Shown: positions 40,146 through 53,200, counted from the first letter of the stretch. The stretch is 64,000 bases of DNA from Malacoraja senta (GCA_038087875.1 CM075995.1:10108001-10172000), one strand, 5' to 3'. Made by a program: numbers and translations. Notes: generated from the sequence alone by a model not told the origin.

Positions 40146-40901
40146 GGGAGTACATGGGGTCACAAGGATGCAGAGACATAACCAAAACTTTGGTTAGGCC
40201 ACATTGGAGTTGTGGTCACACCATTACAGGAAGGATTTGGAGGCTTTGGAGAGGGTGCAAAGATGTGGTCTGGATTAGTGGGCATCAGCTATAAGGAGAG
40301 ATTGGACAGACTTGGGATAGTTTCCTCTGGAACGTCGGGTATGGAGGGGAGACCTGATAGAAGCCTGTTCCAGTACTAAACTGTTCTATGTTCTATTTTG
40401 TATGTGGGGAAAATGGGATAAATGAGAACATGGGACACAGGGAGGTAACACTGGTAGCACATGGGGACATGGAGACCTAGACACGGAACCCTGGACATAT
40501 GTGGGACAGGGACCTAGACACAGAACCCTAGACATACATGGAACAGGGAGCACATGGGGACCTAGACACGGAACCCTGGACATACGTGGGACAGGGAGTT
40601 CGTGGGGAGGGGTGCGGAATGGGGCAGGTAAATCTGGACATATACGTGGGGACATGAGCAGGTACACAGAGGGTACAAGCATCTGAAGAAAGGTCCAGAC
40701 GTCACCCATCCTTTTTCTCCAGAGACGCTGCCTGACCGGCTGAGTTACTCCAGCACTCTGTGTCTATCTTGGGTAAGTGGTGTCTGGTGAAGAGCCGGTC
40801 TTGCTGCCTGGGCCACAGTGTGGGGAGGTGGGGGGGGGGCAGTGGAGAGGTGACCCTGCTGACCCAGCACCCCCCACCCTCCTCCTCCTCCCACCGGTTA
40901 C

Positions 40902-41094
40902 CTTGGAGTTGGGGTCAGCTCCTTTCTCGATGAGGAATTGGATGGCATTAGGGTGCCCCCCCCCCAGCTGCCTCTGACAGGGGGGTGCTGCCATGCACGT
41001 CGGTGCAGTCAGTCATGTCCAGCTGGTGCCTCTGCCTCACCACCTGCCCCATGGCATCGAACGCCACACCATCCCTTGTGTCCAACTCAGATAC
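40902..41094 (-). CDS. IQANK1: IQANK1 ankyrin exon with an apparent +1 frameshift (193 bp instead of 192)
   Basis: gtgcAG acceptor, GTAACC donor. VSELDTRDGV...HGSTPLSEAAGGG continues as HPNAIQFLIEKGADPNSK only if one base is removed from the C10 run at 40956-40965. Confidence 0.88.
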
Positions 41095-41159
41095 CTGCAC
41101 AGCAACAAACAGCAGCTCAGTGGCAGCTAGTAGCCTACCGACTGCCCCTCCCTTAGCCC

Positions 41160-41525
41160 CCACTCACTGTCCCCTCCCCTAGTTCCCAACTCTCTCTCCT
41201 CATCCCTTCCCCCCTACTCACTGTCCCCTAGCGCCCCACTCACTGTCTCATCCTCTAGTAGTCCACACTGTCTCCATCCCTAGCCCCCCACTCACTGTCC
41301 CCTCCCCTCGTGCCCCATTCACTGTCCCCTCCCCTAGCCCCCCACTCACTGTCCCCTCCCCTAGTGCCCCATTCACTGTCCCCTCCCCTAGTTCCCCATT
41401 CACTGTCCCCTTCCCTAGTGCCCCATTCACTGTCCCCTCCCCTAGTGCCCCATTCACTGTCCCCTCCCCTAGTGCCCCATTTACTGTCCCCTTCCCTAGT
41501 GCCCCATTCACTGTCCTCTCCCCCA
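41160..41525. repeat. 27-bp minisatellite (CTAGTGCCCCATTCACTGTCCCCTCCC)
   Basis: Tandem units. Confidence 0.9.
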
Positions 41526-41705
41526 TCCCACCCATTCACTAATGCCGTCATGTCCTTACCCTCAGCCTCCTACTGAACCCACCCAAAGAACATTTCAGCC
41601 AGGTCTGGTAAATCTCCTCGCCCCTCTCCATTGCTACCACATCCTTCCTGCAATGTGGCAACCAGAACTGGATTCTCCTACTTTCCCAATCACTGGGTGA
41701 GTCCT

Positions 41706-42923
41706 AATAAGCGAGTTCGGTATTCCGACTGCACATGCTCAGGTCATAGGTCACTCGCGACAAGCATTCAAGGCAGCTGTGCTGCTGTGTGTGTGCGCAC
41801 GCCTGCGTTTCGTCCATGGTCGGAGTTGGGTACAGGTGTCCGCGCTGCGGGCGCTGTTGAGTTGCTGCTGGGCCGTACCCGTCCCCTCCTGGTTGTTGTG
41901 TCCCGTCCCTGTCCGGGGGTGGCCGAGGTGGCCCTGGGCTGGTGGGGCACCGGCTTGGGGCAGTCCCGGGCTCGCAGCCAGCGCGGGGGGGAGGTGCTGG
42001 CTCCAGGTTGGCTCTGCCAGTCCCGCCGGGTTGGCCAGCAGCCCTGAACTCACCGGCGGGCCGGGGACCGTCGGCTGCGCCTCTCGCCTTGTCCAGTGGC
42101 TGTCGGTTGGCCCCCTCGGTGCCGCCGGGAGCCGAGCGCTGGTCATCGACGGTGATGCACACGGGGTGCTGCGGTGGCTCGGCGGGTCAGGCAACATCTC
42201 TGGAGAAGGGTCTCGACCCGAGACGTCACCCATTCCTTTTCTCCGGAGATGCTGCCTGTCCCGTGGAGTTGCTCCAGCGCTTTGTGTGGGTCCCCGTTGA
42301 TGGCTGGTGCTCGACTTTTGCTGGCGCCAGGGGGGTTGGTCTGCGGCCGCTGGGTGGGGCGGCGGGTGCGGCTGGCGGCCTCCAGCCCCTCGGGGAGCAG
42401 GTTCCTCAGCAGTTGGAGCGGGGTTGGGCAGGGGTTGGCATTTCTTCTCCGTGCTGGCTGTGGGCCGCTGCTCCGGGGTGGTGTCCCGTCGGTCCGGGGT
42501 CGCCCCGGACGTCGCCATTCGCCTCCCTGGCGGGGGTGGGGCACTCGGGAGGGGGGGGGGGGGGGGGAGAGAGGGGGATGAGGCGGTCCAGTGGCGGTTC
42601 GGCAGCACTTGCGGCACCGGGGACCCGGGTTCGATCCTGGCTGCGGATGAGGCGCGGGTCTGTGTGCGCGCAGCAGCACAGCTGCGGAGAATGTCTCTCC
42701 CACTCGCATCTGCCTCCTCTCTCTCGCTGTTACACCCCGCTCTCCCGGTACCTGGCACCTCTGTTCCTCAGATTAAATATATTTTTACACATAAATTATG
42801 AATAAAGATAAGAATGTATACAGTTTATACAGCCAGCGCTTCGTTCGCTTTTTCCTTATAGCGAATGACCTTTGACAAATCCCATGATTCATTGCGTTTT
42901 TTGGAATACCGAACTCGCTGATT
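41706..42923. mobile_element. Unclassified CpG-rich non-autonomous TIR element
   Basis: AATAAGCGAGTTCGGTATTCCGA ... TTGGAATACCGAACTCGCTGATT inverted repeat (21/23 match); no clear TSD. Confidence 0.65.
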
Positions 42924-43489
42924 CCCATTAATCATTTACTGGGAAGCTTTCTTTATTTGTAATTTACTGCTGCCCTCCTCTAATCTCTCATTTCCTGCGT
43001 CCTTCCCCTTTCCCATTTACTCCTCTGCTCTGCCTATTTTCAGACCTGAGGTGTGCTTTCCATACATGGTGGGTGTATGGAATGAGCTGCCAGAGCAGTT
43101 TGAGGCATGTGTAATAACATCTAAAACAGGTTCCTGGATAGAAATGGTCTGGTGGGAGTGTGGCATTTGGCAGGGGCAGTACCGGACAATCCCTGGGGCA
43201 GTGTGCTTTGTTTTCCTCGTCTAAGTTTGTTGCAAGATTTGGAACCCTTTCTGCTGCAGCCAAATTACTCAGAGATCGCTACACTTCACACTGTCTGGGG
43301 AAAGCAGCCAACAGAATCCCAGAGCAATGAAGTACAGATACTGGATTACACCGGCAGAATCAAGGACCGTTTACATCCTAGTCATTCTGTCTCCTAGGTG
43401 GAAGATACAAAGTTTGATTGCACCTAGAACCAGATTTAGGAACAGCTTCTTCCCTGCTTGGGAGCTAGGGTGTAGTCCCCATCTTCCAA

Positions 43490-43905
43490 CATAACCTATG
43501 ATGAGAGTTTAAAGGCTCTGGGCCTGTACTCGCTAGAGTTTAGAAGAATGTTGGGGGACCTCATTGAAATGTACTGAATAGTGAAAGGCTTGGATAGAGT
43601 GGATGTGGAGAGGATGTTTCCACCAGTGGGAGAGTCTAGGACTAGAGGTCATAGCCTCAGAATTAAAGGACATTCTTTTAGGAAGGAGATGAGGAGAAAT
43701 TTATTAGGGAGGTGAAACTGTGGAATTCTTTGCCACAGAAGTCTGTGGAGGCCAAGTCAGTGGATATTTCTAAGGCAGAGATAGATAGATCCTTGATTCG
43801 TACATGTGTCAGTGGTTATGGGGAGAAGGCAGAATGGGGTTAGGAGGGAGAGATAGATCTGATGGGCCGAATGGCCTAATTTTACTCCTATCACTTATGA
43901 CCTTA
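43490..43905 (+). mobile_element. CR1 3' fragment
   Basis: GLYSLEFRR, ESRTRGHSLRIKG, and a 3' UTR like 63100-63200. Confidence 0.85.
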
Positions 43906-44408
43906 CGACCTCGTTGCATACATTGGATGTTCTTTATCCGCACTTTATGACTGAAACACTATATTCTGCACACTATGTTGTTCTCTTTGCACTACCTGTT
44001 GTGCTTGTGTATGGCTTGATAGTACTGTGCAGTCGGATGTGACTGTGTAGCACACTAACAAAGCTTTTTACTCTATCTCGCTAGAGGTGACAATATTAAA
44101 CCAAATCTGGGAGAGGGAGCAGATGGCCACATATGGCCTGCAGAGGGCAGCAGGTAACTGTTCTCGCACTAAAATCTCTTCTCCATTTTCTGTCCCATTT
44201 TATTTTAAATGCCAGAGAGATGTATAGTCCAGAAACAGGCCCTGGTTTGGAACACCTCATCCTGGGCGCAGATGCGGCGTAGACAGAGGAATTGGGAGTA
44301 GGGGAAAGAGTCGTTACAGGAAGCAGGTTGGGAAGAAGTATAGTCAAGATAGCTATGGGAGTCAGTAGGTTTGTAATAGATGTCGGTCAATAGTCTGCTT
44401 CCTGTGAT

Positions 44409-45042
44409 CAAGAGCGGAACTCGCTCGCTATCAAAACATGGAGGGTACGGGGGACACAATTGTTTTGGCGGCCGCGCGCGCATGCGCACACTCACACACA
44501 CGCGCGCATGCGCAAACTCACGCACACACGCGCGAGGCTTCGGAGGCTCAATCCAGCGCTAAATGCAGCTCAAATCTGCCTGTCTCACCGGGTTAACTAC
44601 AGCCCTGTCTGGACTGACGGGACACCTGTGCTGCTTCTCCGCGCTGGCCATATTTCCCCCAAGCCCAGGCAGGTGAACCTGGCGGGACAGGCTGAGTTGA
44701 GCTGGGTTTAGTGCTGTTTCTCAGCGCTGGCTGTGGGCCTGGGGGTACAGCTCGCGTCTGACTGCCGACCTCTCTGGCCATTCTGGGGGGGGGGGGGGCA
44801 CTCGGGACAGCGCCGGAGACCCGGCCGGGATCGATCCTGCCTGCGGATGAGGCGCAGGTCTGTGCCACGTCTCCCTCCTCCAATCACCGCGCCCTCGATC
44901 ATCAGTCCCACCCCCACTGTCTCGCGGAAAGTGGAGATTTTAAAATTATGGATCACAAAAACTTGGGGGGGATGTCCCCCACCGCTCAAAACATGGGGGG
45001 GGGGGGCGTGTCACCTCTGGCCCACCGGGTTTTCCGCCCCTG
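44409..45042. mobile_element. Non-autonomous hAT-like DNA element
   Basis: 8-bp TSD CCTGTGAT (44401-44408, 45043-45050); termini CAAGAGCGGAA / TTCCGCCCCTG. Confidence 0.8.
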
Positions 45043-45157
45043 CCTGTGATGGAGACAGTGAGATCTAGAAATGGTAGGGAGATATTTGAGATAGTCCAGG
45101 ATGGAAATTAGTGGTGAAGTTGATGAAGTCAGTGAGTTCTGCATGGGTGCAGGAGGT

Positions 45158-46188
45158 AACATAGAAACATAGAAACATAGAAATTAGGTGCAGGAGTAGG
45201 CCATTCGGCCCTTCGAGCCATTCAATATGATCATGGCTGATCATCCAATTCAGTATCCCGTACCTGCCTTCTCTCCATACCCTCTGATCCCTTTAGCCAC
45301 AAGGGCCACATCTAACTCCCTCTTAAATATAGCCAATAAACTGGCCTTGACTACCCTCTGTGGCAGAGAGTTCCAGAGATTCACCACTTTCTGTGTGAAA
45401 AAAGTTTTTCTCATCTCGGTTTTAAAGGATTTCCCCCTTATCCTTAAGCTGTGACCCCTTGTCCTGGACTTCCCCAACATCGGGAGCAATCTTCCTGCAT
45501 CTAGCCTGTCCAACCCCTTAAGAAATTTGTAAGTTTCTATAAGATCCCCTCTCAATCTCCTAAATTCTAGAGAGTATAAACCAAGTCTATCCAGTCTTTC
45601 TTCATAAGACAGTCCTGACATCCCAGGAATCAGTCTGGTGAACCTTCTCTGCACTCCCTCTATGGCAATAATGTCCTTCCTCAGATTTGGAGACCAAATA
45701 CTCCAGGTGTGGTCTCACCAAGACCCTGTACAACTGCAGTAGAACCTCCCTGCTCCTATACTCAAATCCTTTTGCTATGAAAGCTAACATACCATTCGCT
45801 TTCTTCACCGCCTGCTGCACCTGCATGCCTACTTTCAATGACTGGTGTACCATGACACCCAGGTCTTGCTGCATCTCCCCTTTTCCTAGTCGGCCACCAT
45901 TTAGATAATAGTCTGCTTTCCTGTTTTTGCCACCAAAATGGATAACCTCAAATTTATCCACATTATACTGCAACTGCCAAACATTTGCCCACTCACCCAG
46001 CCTATCCAAGTCACCTTGCAGTCTCCTAGCATCCTCCTCACAGCTAACACTGCCCCCCAGCTTAGTGTCATCCGCAAACTTGGAGATATTGCCTTCAATT
46101 CCTTCATCCAGGTCATTAATATATATTGTAAATAGCTGGGGTCCCAGCACTGAGCCTTGCGGTACCCCACTAGTCACTGCCTGCCATT
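45158..46188 (-). mobile_element. CR1 3' fragment inserted in the Penelope RT
   Basis: (ACATAGAA)n tail; ORFs 45250..45654 and 45602..46213 with GVPQGSVLGP and KFADD. Confidence 0.92.
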
Positions 46189-46769
46189 GTGGTAGCACCA
46201 ATGCAGTCGGCAATGTAGCGGAGGTAGAGTTCGGGGATAGGGCCAGTGTACGCCTGATCCTACCTGATCTCCTGATGGCTCAGCACTTCAACTCCCCCTC
46301 CCATTCCTAATTTGACCTTTCTGTTCTCTCCATTGTCAGAGTGAGGCCCAGCACAGATTGGAGGAACAGCACCTCATATTTTGCTTGGGTAGTTTACACC
46401 CCAGCTATATGAACATTGACTTCTCTAACTTCAGAGAGCCTTGCTTTCTCTTCCCATTCCCTCCCCTTCCCAGTTCTCCCGCCAGTCTTACTGTCTCCGC
46501 CTACATTTTATCTTTGTTCTGCCCACTCCCCTGACATTAGTCTGAAGAAGAGTCTCGACCCAATACGTCGCTCATTCCTTCTCTCCAGAGATGCTGCCTT
46601 ACCCACTGTTACTCCAGCATTTTGTGTCTAACTTTGATTTAAACCAGCATGTGCATTTCTTTCTTACACAACTTACTCTATCTATGGCTACAGTCAATAC
46701 TGGCAAGTGAGATTAGCATGGATGGGTGCTGGTCATGATGGTTAGCATGGTACTAATGGTCTATGGAAC

Positions 46770-47192
46770 ACCTGGGGGTCTCCATTCCCCCTGCGTTACC
46801 TGAATCACCTGTTGTCCCCATTCCCCCTGGGTTACCTGGATCACCTGTTGTCTCCAGTTCCCCTGGGTTACCTGGATCACCTGTTGTCTCCAGTTCCCCA
46901 TGGTTACCTGGATCACCTGTTGTCTCCAGTTCCCTGGGTTACCTGGATCACCTGTTGTCTCCAGTTCCCCTGGGTTACCTGCATCACCTGTTGTCTCCAG
47001 TTCCCCTGGGTTACCTGGATCACCTGTTGTCTCCAGTTCCCCAGGGTTACCTGGATCACCTGTTATCTCCATTCCCCCTGGGTTACCTGGATCACCTGTT
47101 GTCTCCATTCCCACTGGGTTACCTGGATCACCCTGCTGTCTCCAGTTCCACTGGGTTACCCGGATCACCCTGTTATCTCCATTCCCCCTGGT
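46770..47192. repeat. 36-bp minisatellite (CCCTGGGTTACCTGGATCACCTGTTGTCTCCAGTTC)
   Basis: About 11 tandem units. Confidence 0.92.
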
Positions 47193-47219
47193 TTGATGGT
47201 CAGAGCCTGCTCAGCTCAC

Positions 47220-47384
47220 CTCCTTCAGTATGCTCTGCATCTCCTCCACGTCTCCCTCAAATGCAGCTTCCAGCATGCGGATCCTGCGCTGCTGCTGCTC
47301 CTGCTTGCGCCGCCGCTCCTGCTCCTCCTTCTCGCGCTCCCTTGCAGCTGCCTCCTGCTCCCTCTTCACCAGCGCCACAAACGC
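47220..47384 (-). CDS. IQANK1: IQANK1 coding exon (165 bp)
   Basis: ctctgtactacAG acceptor, GTGAGC donor. Encodes AFVALVKREQEAAAREREKEEQERRRKQEQQQRRIRMLEAAFEGDVEEMQSILKE. Confidence 0.92.
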
Positions 47385-47567
47385 CTGTAGTACAGAGAGC
47401 GGAGTTACTGCCACCCACTGTGGCCAAATCAATCACGCTGCCCTGTCTGACCAGATGAACCACCAGGGATATGTAACAAGATGGTGGGAGTAAACCCCCC
47501 CCCCCCCCCATTGGTGCAAACCCCCGGGTTCACAGCTCACTCGAGGAACCAGAACACTCCAGTGCAG

Positions 47568-48078
47568 AACTGAGTGAGCGGGGTACTGAGTGAGTGGGGT
47601 ACTGGGGGAGTGGGGTACTGAGTGAGTGAGGTACTGGGGGAGTGGGGTACTGGGGGAGTGGGGTACTGAGTGAGTGGGGTACTGGGAGTGGGGTACTGGG
47701 GAATTGGGGTACTGAGGGAGTGGGGTACTGGGGGAGTGGGGTACTGGGGCAGTGGGGTACTGGGGGAGTGGGGTACTGGGGGAGTGGGGTACTGGGGGAG
47801 TGGGGTACTGAGGGAGGGGCACTGAGGGAGGGGCGGTACTGGGGGAGTGGGGTACTGAGTGAGTGGGGTACTGAGGGAGGGGCACTGACGGAGGGGTGGC
47901 ACTGAGGGAGTGGGGTACTGGGGGAGTGGGGTACTGGGGGAGTGGGGTACTGAGGGAGAGGGGTACTGAGGGAGGGGCGGTACTGATGGAGGGGCGGTAC
48001 TGATGGAGGGCGGTACGGAGGGGCGGTACTCGGGGGGGGGGGCGGTACTGATGGAGGGGTGGTACTGATGGAGGGGTG
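47568..48078. repeat. 16-bp G-rich minisatellite (GAGTGGGGTACTGGGG)
   Basis: Tandem units with paired G4-G5 tracts. Confidence 0.92.
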
Positions 48079-48079
48079 G

Positions 48080-48785
48080 TGCTGAGGCGTTGTACTGCAC
48101 CGATGAGACCCTTGCAACCTGTTTCTCTCGCAGTTCGCAGACTCACCAGCCACCTGCCACTTTTGCGGGCTGGAAGAGACTGTGTTCCACGTGTATGTGG
48201 AGTGTGTGAGGTTGCAGCCCCTGTTCCAACACCTAGAGGGGCTGCTCCTTGCCTTCACACCCACCATCCTCATCTTTGGACACCCTGTGGGAGGGTAAGG
48301 GAGAGGGTAGAGCTGAAGATGTCCTGGTTGGGTTGCTCCTGGGCCTGGCCAAGCTGGCCATCCGTGCGTCACGGCGCCAGGCGGAAAAGAGCTCTGCCCG
48401 AGCCGGCTGCCTGCCCCTTTTCCATGGTCACGTCCACGCCTGGGTGGTATTCGAGAGGGACTGCGCGCTGTCCACGGGCACCCAAGGGGATTTCTGGGGC
48501 CGCTGGGCACCGCAGGGGGTGGAATGTATCTTTAACATGGATGGTGATATAGTTGTACAGTAATGTATTTAATATATTTGTTTGACGTATTATGGTGGTG
48601 GGTTTTATTTTGACTTATTTCAATAGACATTAGACAATAGGTGCAGGAGTAGGCCATTCAGCCCTTCGAGCTAGTACCACCGTTCAATGTGATCATGACT
48701 TTCAAGTATTATTGTAAATAATATTATTGTAAATCAAGTATTATTGTAAATAATTGATTACATTATTTTTGGTTAAAATAAAACT
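48080..48785 (+). mobile_element. Tx1-type L1-clade LINE 3' remnant
   Basis: CHFCGLEETVFHVYVECVRL zinc knuckle, LLLGLAKLAI motif, A-rich end. Confidence 0.75.
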
Positions 48786-48967
48786 GAGTACTGAGGGAGC
48801 GCCGCACTGTGGGAGGGGCAGCTTAAAGTGGGTGCTGCAACATTGGACAAGCTGGTCATGGATTGTAACACTGTGGAAGGGCAGGAATGACTGGGGCTGG
48901 GGGAGGAGTGAGGCAGAGGGTACATGGTGTGGCGGGGGCTGGGGGCTGTGGTTGGCGGAGTTCCCAC

Positions 48968-49086
48968 CTCTCTCTCCAGTTTCTCCATCGTCTCCTCGTA
49001 TTGCTCCCTCTCCTCCCGGCGCCTGGCCTGTTCCTTGCGTGCCTGGTACTGCCGGAAGGCACACTGGATGGTGATGGCCGACTTCC
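48968..49086 (-). CDS. IQANK1: IQANK1 IQ-motif exon (119 bp)
   Basis: ttgtctctccccAG acceptor, GTGGGA donor. Encodes KSAITIQCAFRQYQARKEQARRREEREQYEETMEKLERE (IQxxFRxxxxR motif). Phase 0 into 47384. Confidence 0.9.
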
Positions 49087-50234
49087 CTGGGGAGAGACAA
49101 GGTCCTGCTGACTGGCAGTATGGTTTCTGCTGGGGTGGAGCATTGCCAGGGCTTGAGGGAGTGGACAATGCACAGCCAATCCTCCTCCTACTCACCCACT
49201 GGACCTCAGAGTTGCCGAGCCTGGCCCAGAACAGGGGTTTCACCAATGGTGAGGGTCGTGTGGTCAGCTTTAGGGAGGGGAGTCCCAACGTCATGCGGTT
49301 CCATGGATCTACCACCATTCCCAGCTCCCAATGATCTGCCCAGTGCACCTGTCCCTGGGCTCTAACCTCAACCATACTTAGATCCCTGCAAGTGGGTGCT
49401 GTAGCAGGTGATTGAGGGAGGCACACTGGCCTTCATCAGTCAGGGTATTGAGTGTGGAAGTTGGGACGATACTTTGGCGAGGTTGGAATTGGAGTATTGT
49501 GTTCAGTTTTTTTCCTGCTGTAGGAAAGATGCCATTAGCTGTAAAAGGTGGATTTTCCTTAATGCGACTCATGCATTTCATGCCCACTTTTGACCCTTTT
49601 CATTCCTTGCTTCGGTTCTTTTCTGCTTTCTTTATATCCGTTAAGGGCCCTGTCTGATTTCATCTTCCTAAACCTTAATATGCTTCCTTATTCTTTTGAC
49701 AAAATTTGCAACCACTTTTGTCATCCCAAGCTTCCAGACCCATCCAGCCTCATCTTCCTTCCTCACAGGATCATGTTGGCATTGAAATCCGGTCAGCTGC
49801 TCTTCCCACATATCACATGTGGACTTATATGATAAGATCTGCTCCCAACATATTCTCCCAAGCTCCTGCCTGATGACGTTGTCATTTCCCTTACCCCACA
49901 TTAGCAGTTCCATTCCCAAGGTCCAACCTTATCTACCTTTCCATAACTACCTTAAAAACTAACAAGTAGGAAGGAACTGCAGATGCTGGTTTACATTGAA
50001 TAAAGCTGGAGTAACTCAGTGGGTCAGGCAGCATCTCAGGAGAAAAGGATTAGGTGATGTTTAAGGCAAGCTGACCTGCTGAGTTACTTATCTCCAGACA
50101 TGCTGCCTGACCACTCAGTTAAAACTTAATGAGTTATGGTCACTGTTCACCAAATGCTTTCCCACAGAAACCCCAATCACCTGAAAGGTTCATCTCCCCA
50201 AATAAGGTTGAGTATGGTTGGGCTATCGGCATAT

Positions 50235-53200
50235 AGATAATAGACAATAGACAATATGTGCAGGAGTAGGCCATTTTGCCCTTCGAGCCAGCACCGCCAT
50301 TCACTGTGATCATGGCAGATCATCCCCAATCAGTACCCCGTTCCTGCCTTCTCCCCATATCCCTTGACTCTGCTATATTTAAGAGCTCCGTCTACCTCTC
50401 TCTTGAAAGCATCCAGAGATTTGGCCTCCACTGCCTTCTGAGTGAAAACGTTTTTTCTCATCTATGTTCTAAATGGCCTCCCATTATTCTTAAACTGTGG
50501 CCCCTGGTTCTGGACTCTCCCAACATCGGGAACATGTTTCCTGCCTCTAGCATGAATCCATTAATAATTTTATATGTTTCAATAAGATACCCTCTCATCC
50601 TTCTAAATTCCAGTGAACACAAGCCCAATCACTCCATTCTTTCAACATTTGACAGTCCCGCAATCCTGGGAATTAACCTCGTGAACCGATGCTGCACTCC
50701 CTCCACAGCTAGAATGTATTTCTTCAAATTAGGGACCATAAACTGCACACAATACTCCAGGTGTGGTCTCACTAGGGCCCTGTACAACTGCAGAAGGACC
50801 TCTGCTCCTATACTCAACTCCTCTTATTAATGAAGGCCAACATGCCATTCACTTTCTTCACTGCCTGCTGAACCTGCATGCTTACTTTCAGTGACAGATG
50901 AACAAGGACTCCCAGATCCCTTTGTACTTCCACTTTTCCCAACTTGATACCATTTAGATAATACTCTGCCTTCCTGTTTTGGCCACCAAAGTGGATAACC
51001 TCACATTTATCCACATTAAACTGCATCTGCCATGTCACCCTGCATCCTCCCTCATAGCATCCTCCTCACAGTTCACACTGCCACCCAGCTTTGTGTCATC
51101 TGCAAATTTGCTAGTGTTACTTTTAATCCCTTCATCTAAATCATTAATATATATTGTAAATATCTGCGGTTCCAGCACCGAGCCTTGTGGTACCCCACTA
51201 GTCACTGCCTGCCTTTCTGAAATGGACCAGTTAATCCCTACTCTTTGTTTCCTGTCTGCCAACCAATTTTTATCCATGTCAGCACCCTACCCCCAATACC
51301 ATATGCCCTAATTTTGCCCACTAATCTCCTATGTGGGACCTTATCAAATGTTTCTGAAAGTCCAGGTACACTACATCCATTGGCTCACCCATGTCCATTT
51401 TCCTAGTTACATCCTCAAAAAAGTCCAGAAGATTAGTCAAGCATGATTTCCCCTTTGTAAATCCATGCTGACTCGGCCCGATCTTGTTACTGCAATCCAA
51501 ATATGCTGCTATTTCATCTTTTATAATTGATTCCAGCATCTTCCCCACCACCGATGTCAAGCTAACTGGTCTTTACTTCCCTGTTTTCTCTCTCCCGTCT
51601 TTCTTAAAAAGTGGGATAACATTAGCTACCCTCCAATCCACAGGAACTGATCCTGAATCTATAGAACATTGGAAAATGATCACCAATGCGTCCACGATTT
51701 CTAGAGTCACTTCCTTAAGTACCCTGGGATGCAGACCATCAGGCCCTGGGGATTTATCAGCCTTCAATGCCATCAGTCTACCCAACACCATTTCCTGCCT
51801 AATGTGAATTTTGTTCAATTCCCCCATCACCTAGGTCCTCTGACTACTAGTACATCTGGGAGATTATTTGTGTCTTCCCTAGTGAAGACAGATCCAAAGT
51901 ACCTGTTCAACTCATCTGCCATTTCCTTGTTCCCCATTTTGAATTCACCTGTATCTGTCTTCAAGGGACCCACATTTGTCTTAACTAATTTTTTCCTATT
52001 CACATACCTAAAGAAGCTTTTACTAACCTTCTTTATATTCTTGGTTAGCTTACCTTCATACCTCTTTTCTCCCCATACTGCCTTTTTAGTTATCTTTTGT
52101 TGCTCTTTAAAAGTTTCCCAATCCTCTGGCTTCCTGCTCATCTTTGCTATGTTATACTTCTCTTTTATTTATATACTGTCCTTGACTTCCCTTGTCTGCC
52201 AAGGTCGCCTCTTACTCCCCTGAGAATCTTTCTTCCTCTTTGAAATGAATTGATCCTGCACCTTCTGTATTATTCCCAGAAGTACCTGCCATTGTTGTTC
52301 CACTGTCAACCCAGCTAGGATCTCTTTCCAGTGAAGTTTGGCAAGCTCCTCCCTCATGCCTCCATAGTCCCCTTTGCTCAACTATAATACTGACACCTCC
52401 GATTTACTTCCCTCTCAAATTGTAGATTAAAACTTATCATATTATGTAAATTGTATAAAAATCAAAAATTTCTGGATTGATATTTTTAGAATAATTTCTG
52501 AAGTTATCAATACCCAATTGGATCCTGATTCAAAACTAATAATACTAGGAATATCAGAACAAAGCCTAACACTCACAACAAGCCAAAGAAACTTTCTCGA
52601 CTATAGTATAATAACTGGGGAAAAATTAATATTCAAATTTTGGAAAGGCCCTATAATCCCTGCAATTAAAATGTGGATTATGGAAATGTCGGAGACCCTA
52701 CACTTGGAAAGAATTAGACTTGTCTTAATGGGACAAACAATAACTTTTTGTCAGAATATGGTCTCCATTCATTGACTATTTGAAGGGGTAGATTCAGCAC
52801 GAGATCTTAACTGAAGCTCGTATTTAGGATTAGATGAAAAGTTAAATTTTATAATCTACGCACCTATCTCCAATGATGTATTATTAGTAAATTATTCCAT
52901 TCTTTTTTATTATGCCATTTGCTTTCTTTTTTTTCCCCCCTTCCTTTCTCACTTTCTATCTATTAAAAAAAAACTAGAAGCAGAACCAATTCATAACTGA
53001 TAATATGTATAATGTATGACTGATATACATGAAATGTTTTTATTATGATATGTGCTTGCTTCCAATAAAAAGATTATTAAAAAAATAAAAAAAACTTATA
53101 TTATGGTCACTACCACCGAATCGCTCCTTTACCTTGAGTTCTCTTATCAAATCCGGTTCATTGCACAACACTGAATGCAGAATTGCCTTCTCCCTGGTAG

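Larger units (their letters stand above)
44245..46670. mobile_element. Penelope-like element remnant: RT on - strand (44245-46256, interrupted twice), then GIY-YIG end + pLTR on + strand
   Basis: - strand LYLRYIADCIG, ISLPFLDLTVSIT, TDIYYKPTDSHSYLDYTSS, PYSQFLCLRRIC. + strand AQHFNSPSHS, RLEEQHLIFCLGSLHP, then the pLTR motif. Confidence 0.8.

Noticed and set aside
41631..42805. Overlapping 130-335 aa ORFs or a CpG-island promoter
   Set aside because: High GC suppresses stop codons; no domain recognised; the region is bounded by TIRs within an intron.
46761..48510. Collagen-like or extensin-like ORFs
   Set aside because: Translations of the 36-bp and 16-bp minisatellites.
49190..49350. Candidate upstream IQANK1 exon with a GTGAGT donor
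   Set aside because: The phase-1 frame needed to join exon 49086 has a TGA just before the donor, and there is no recognisable similarity.
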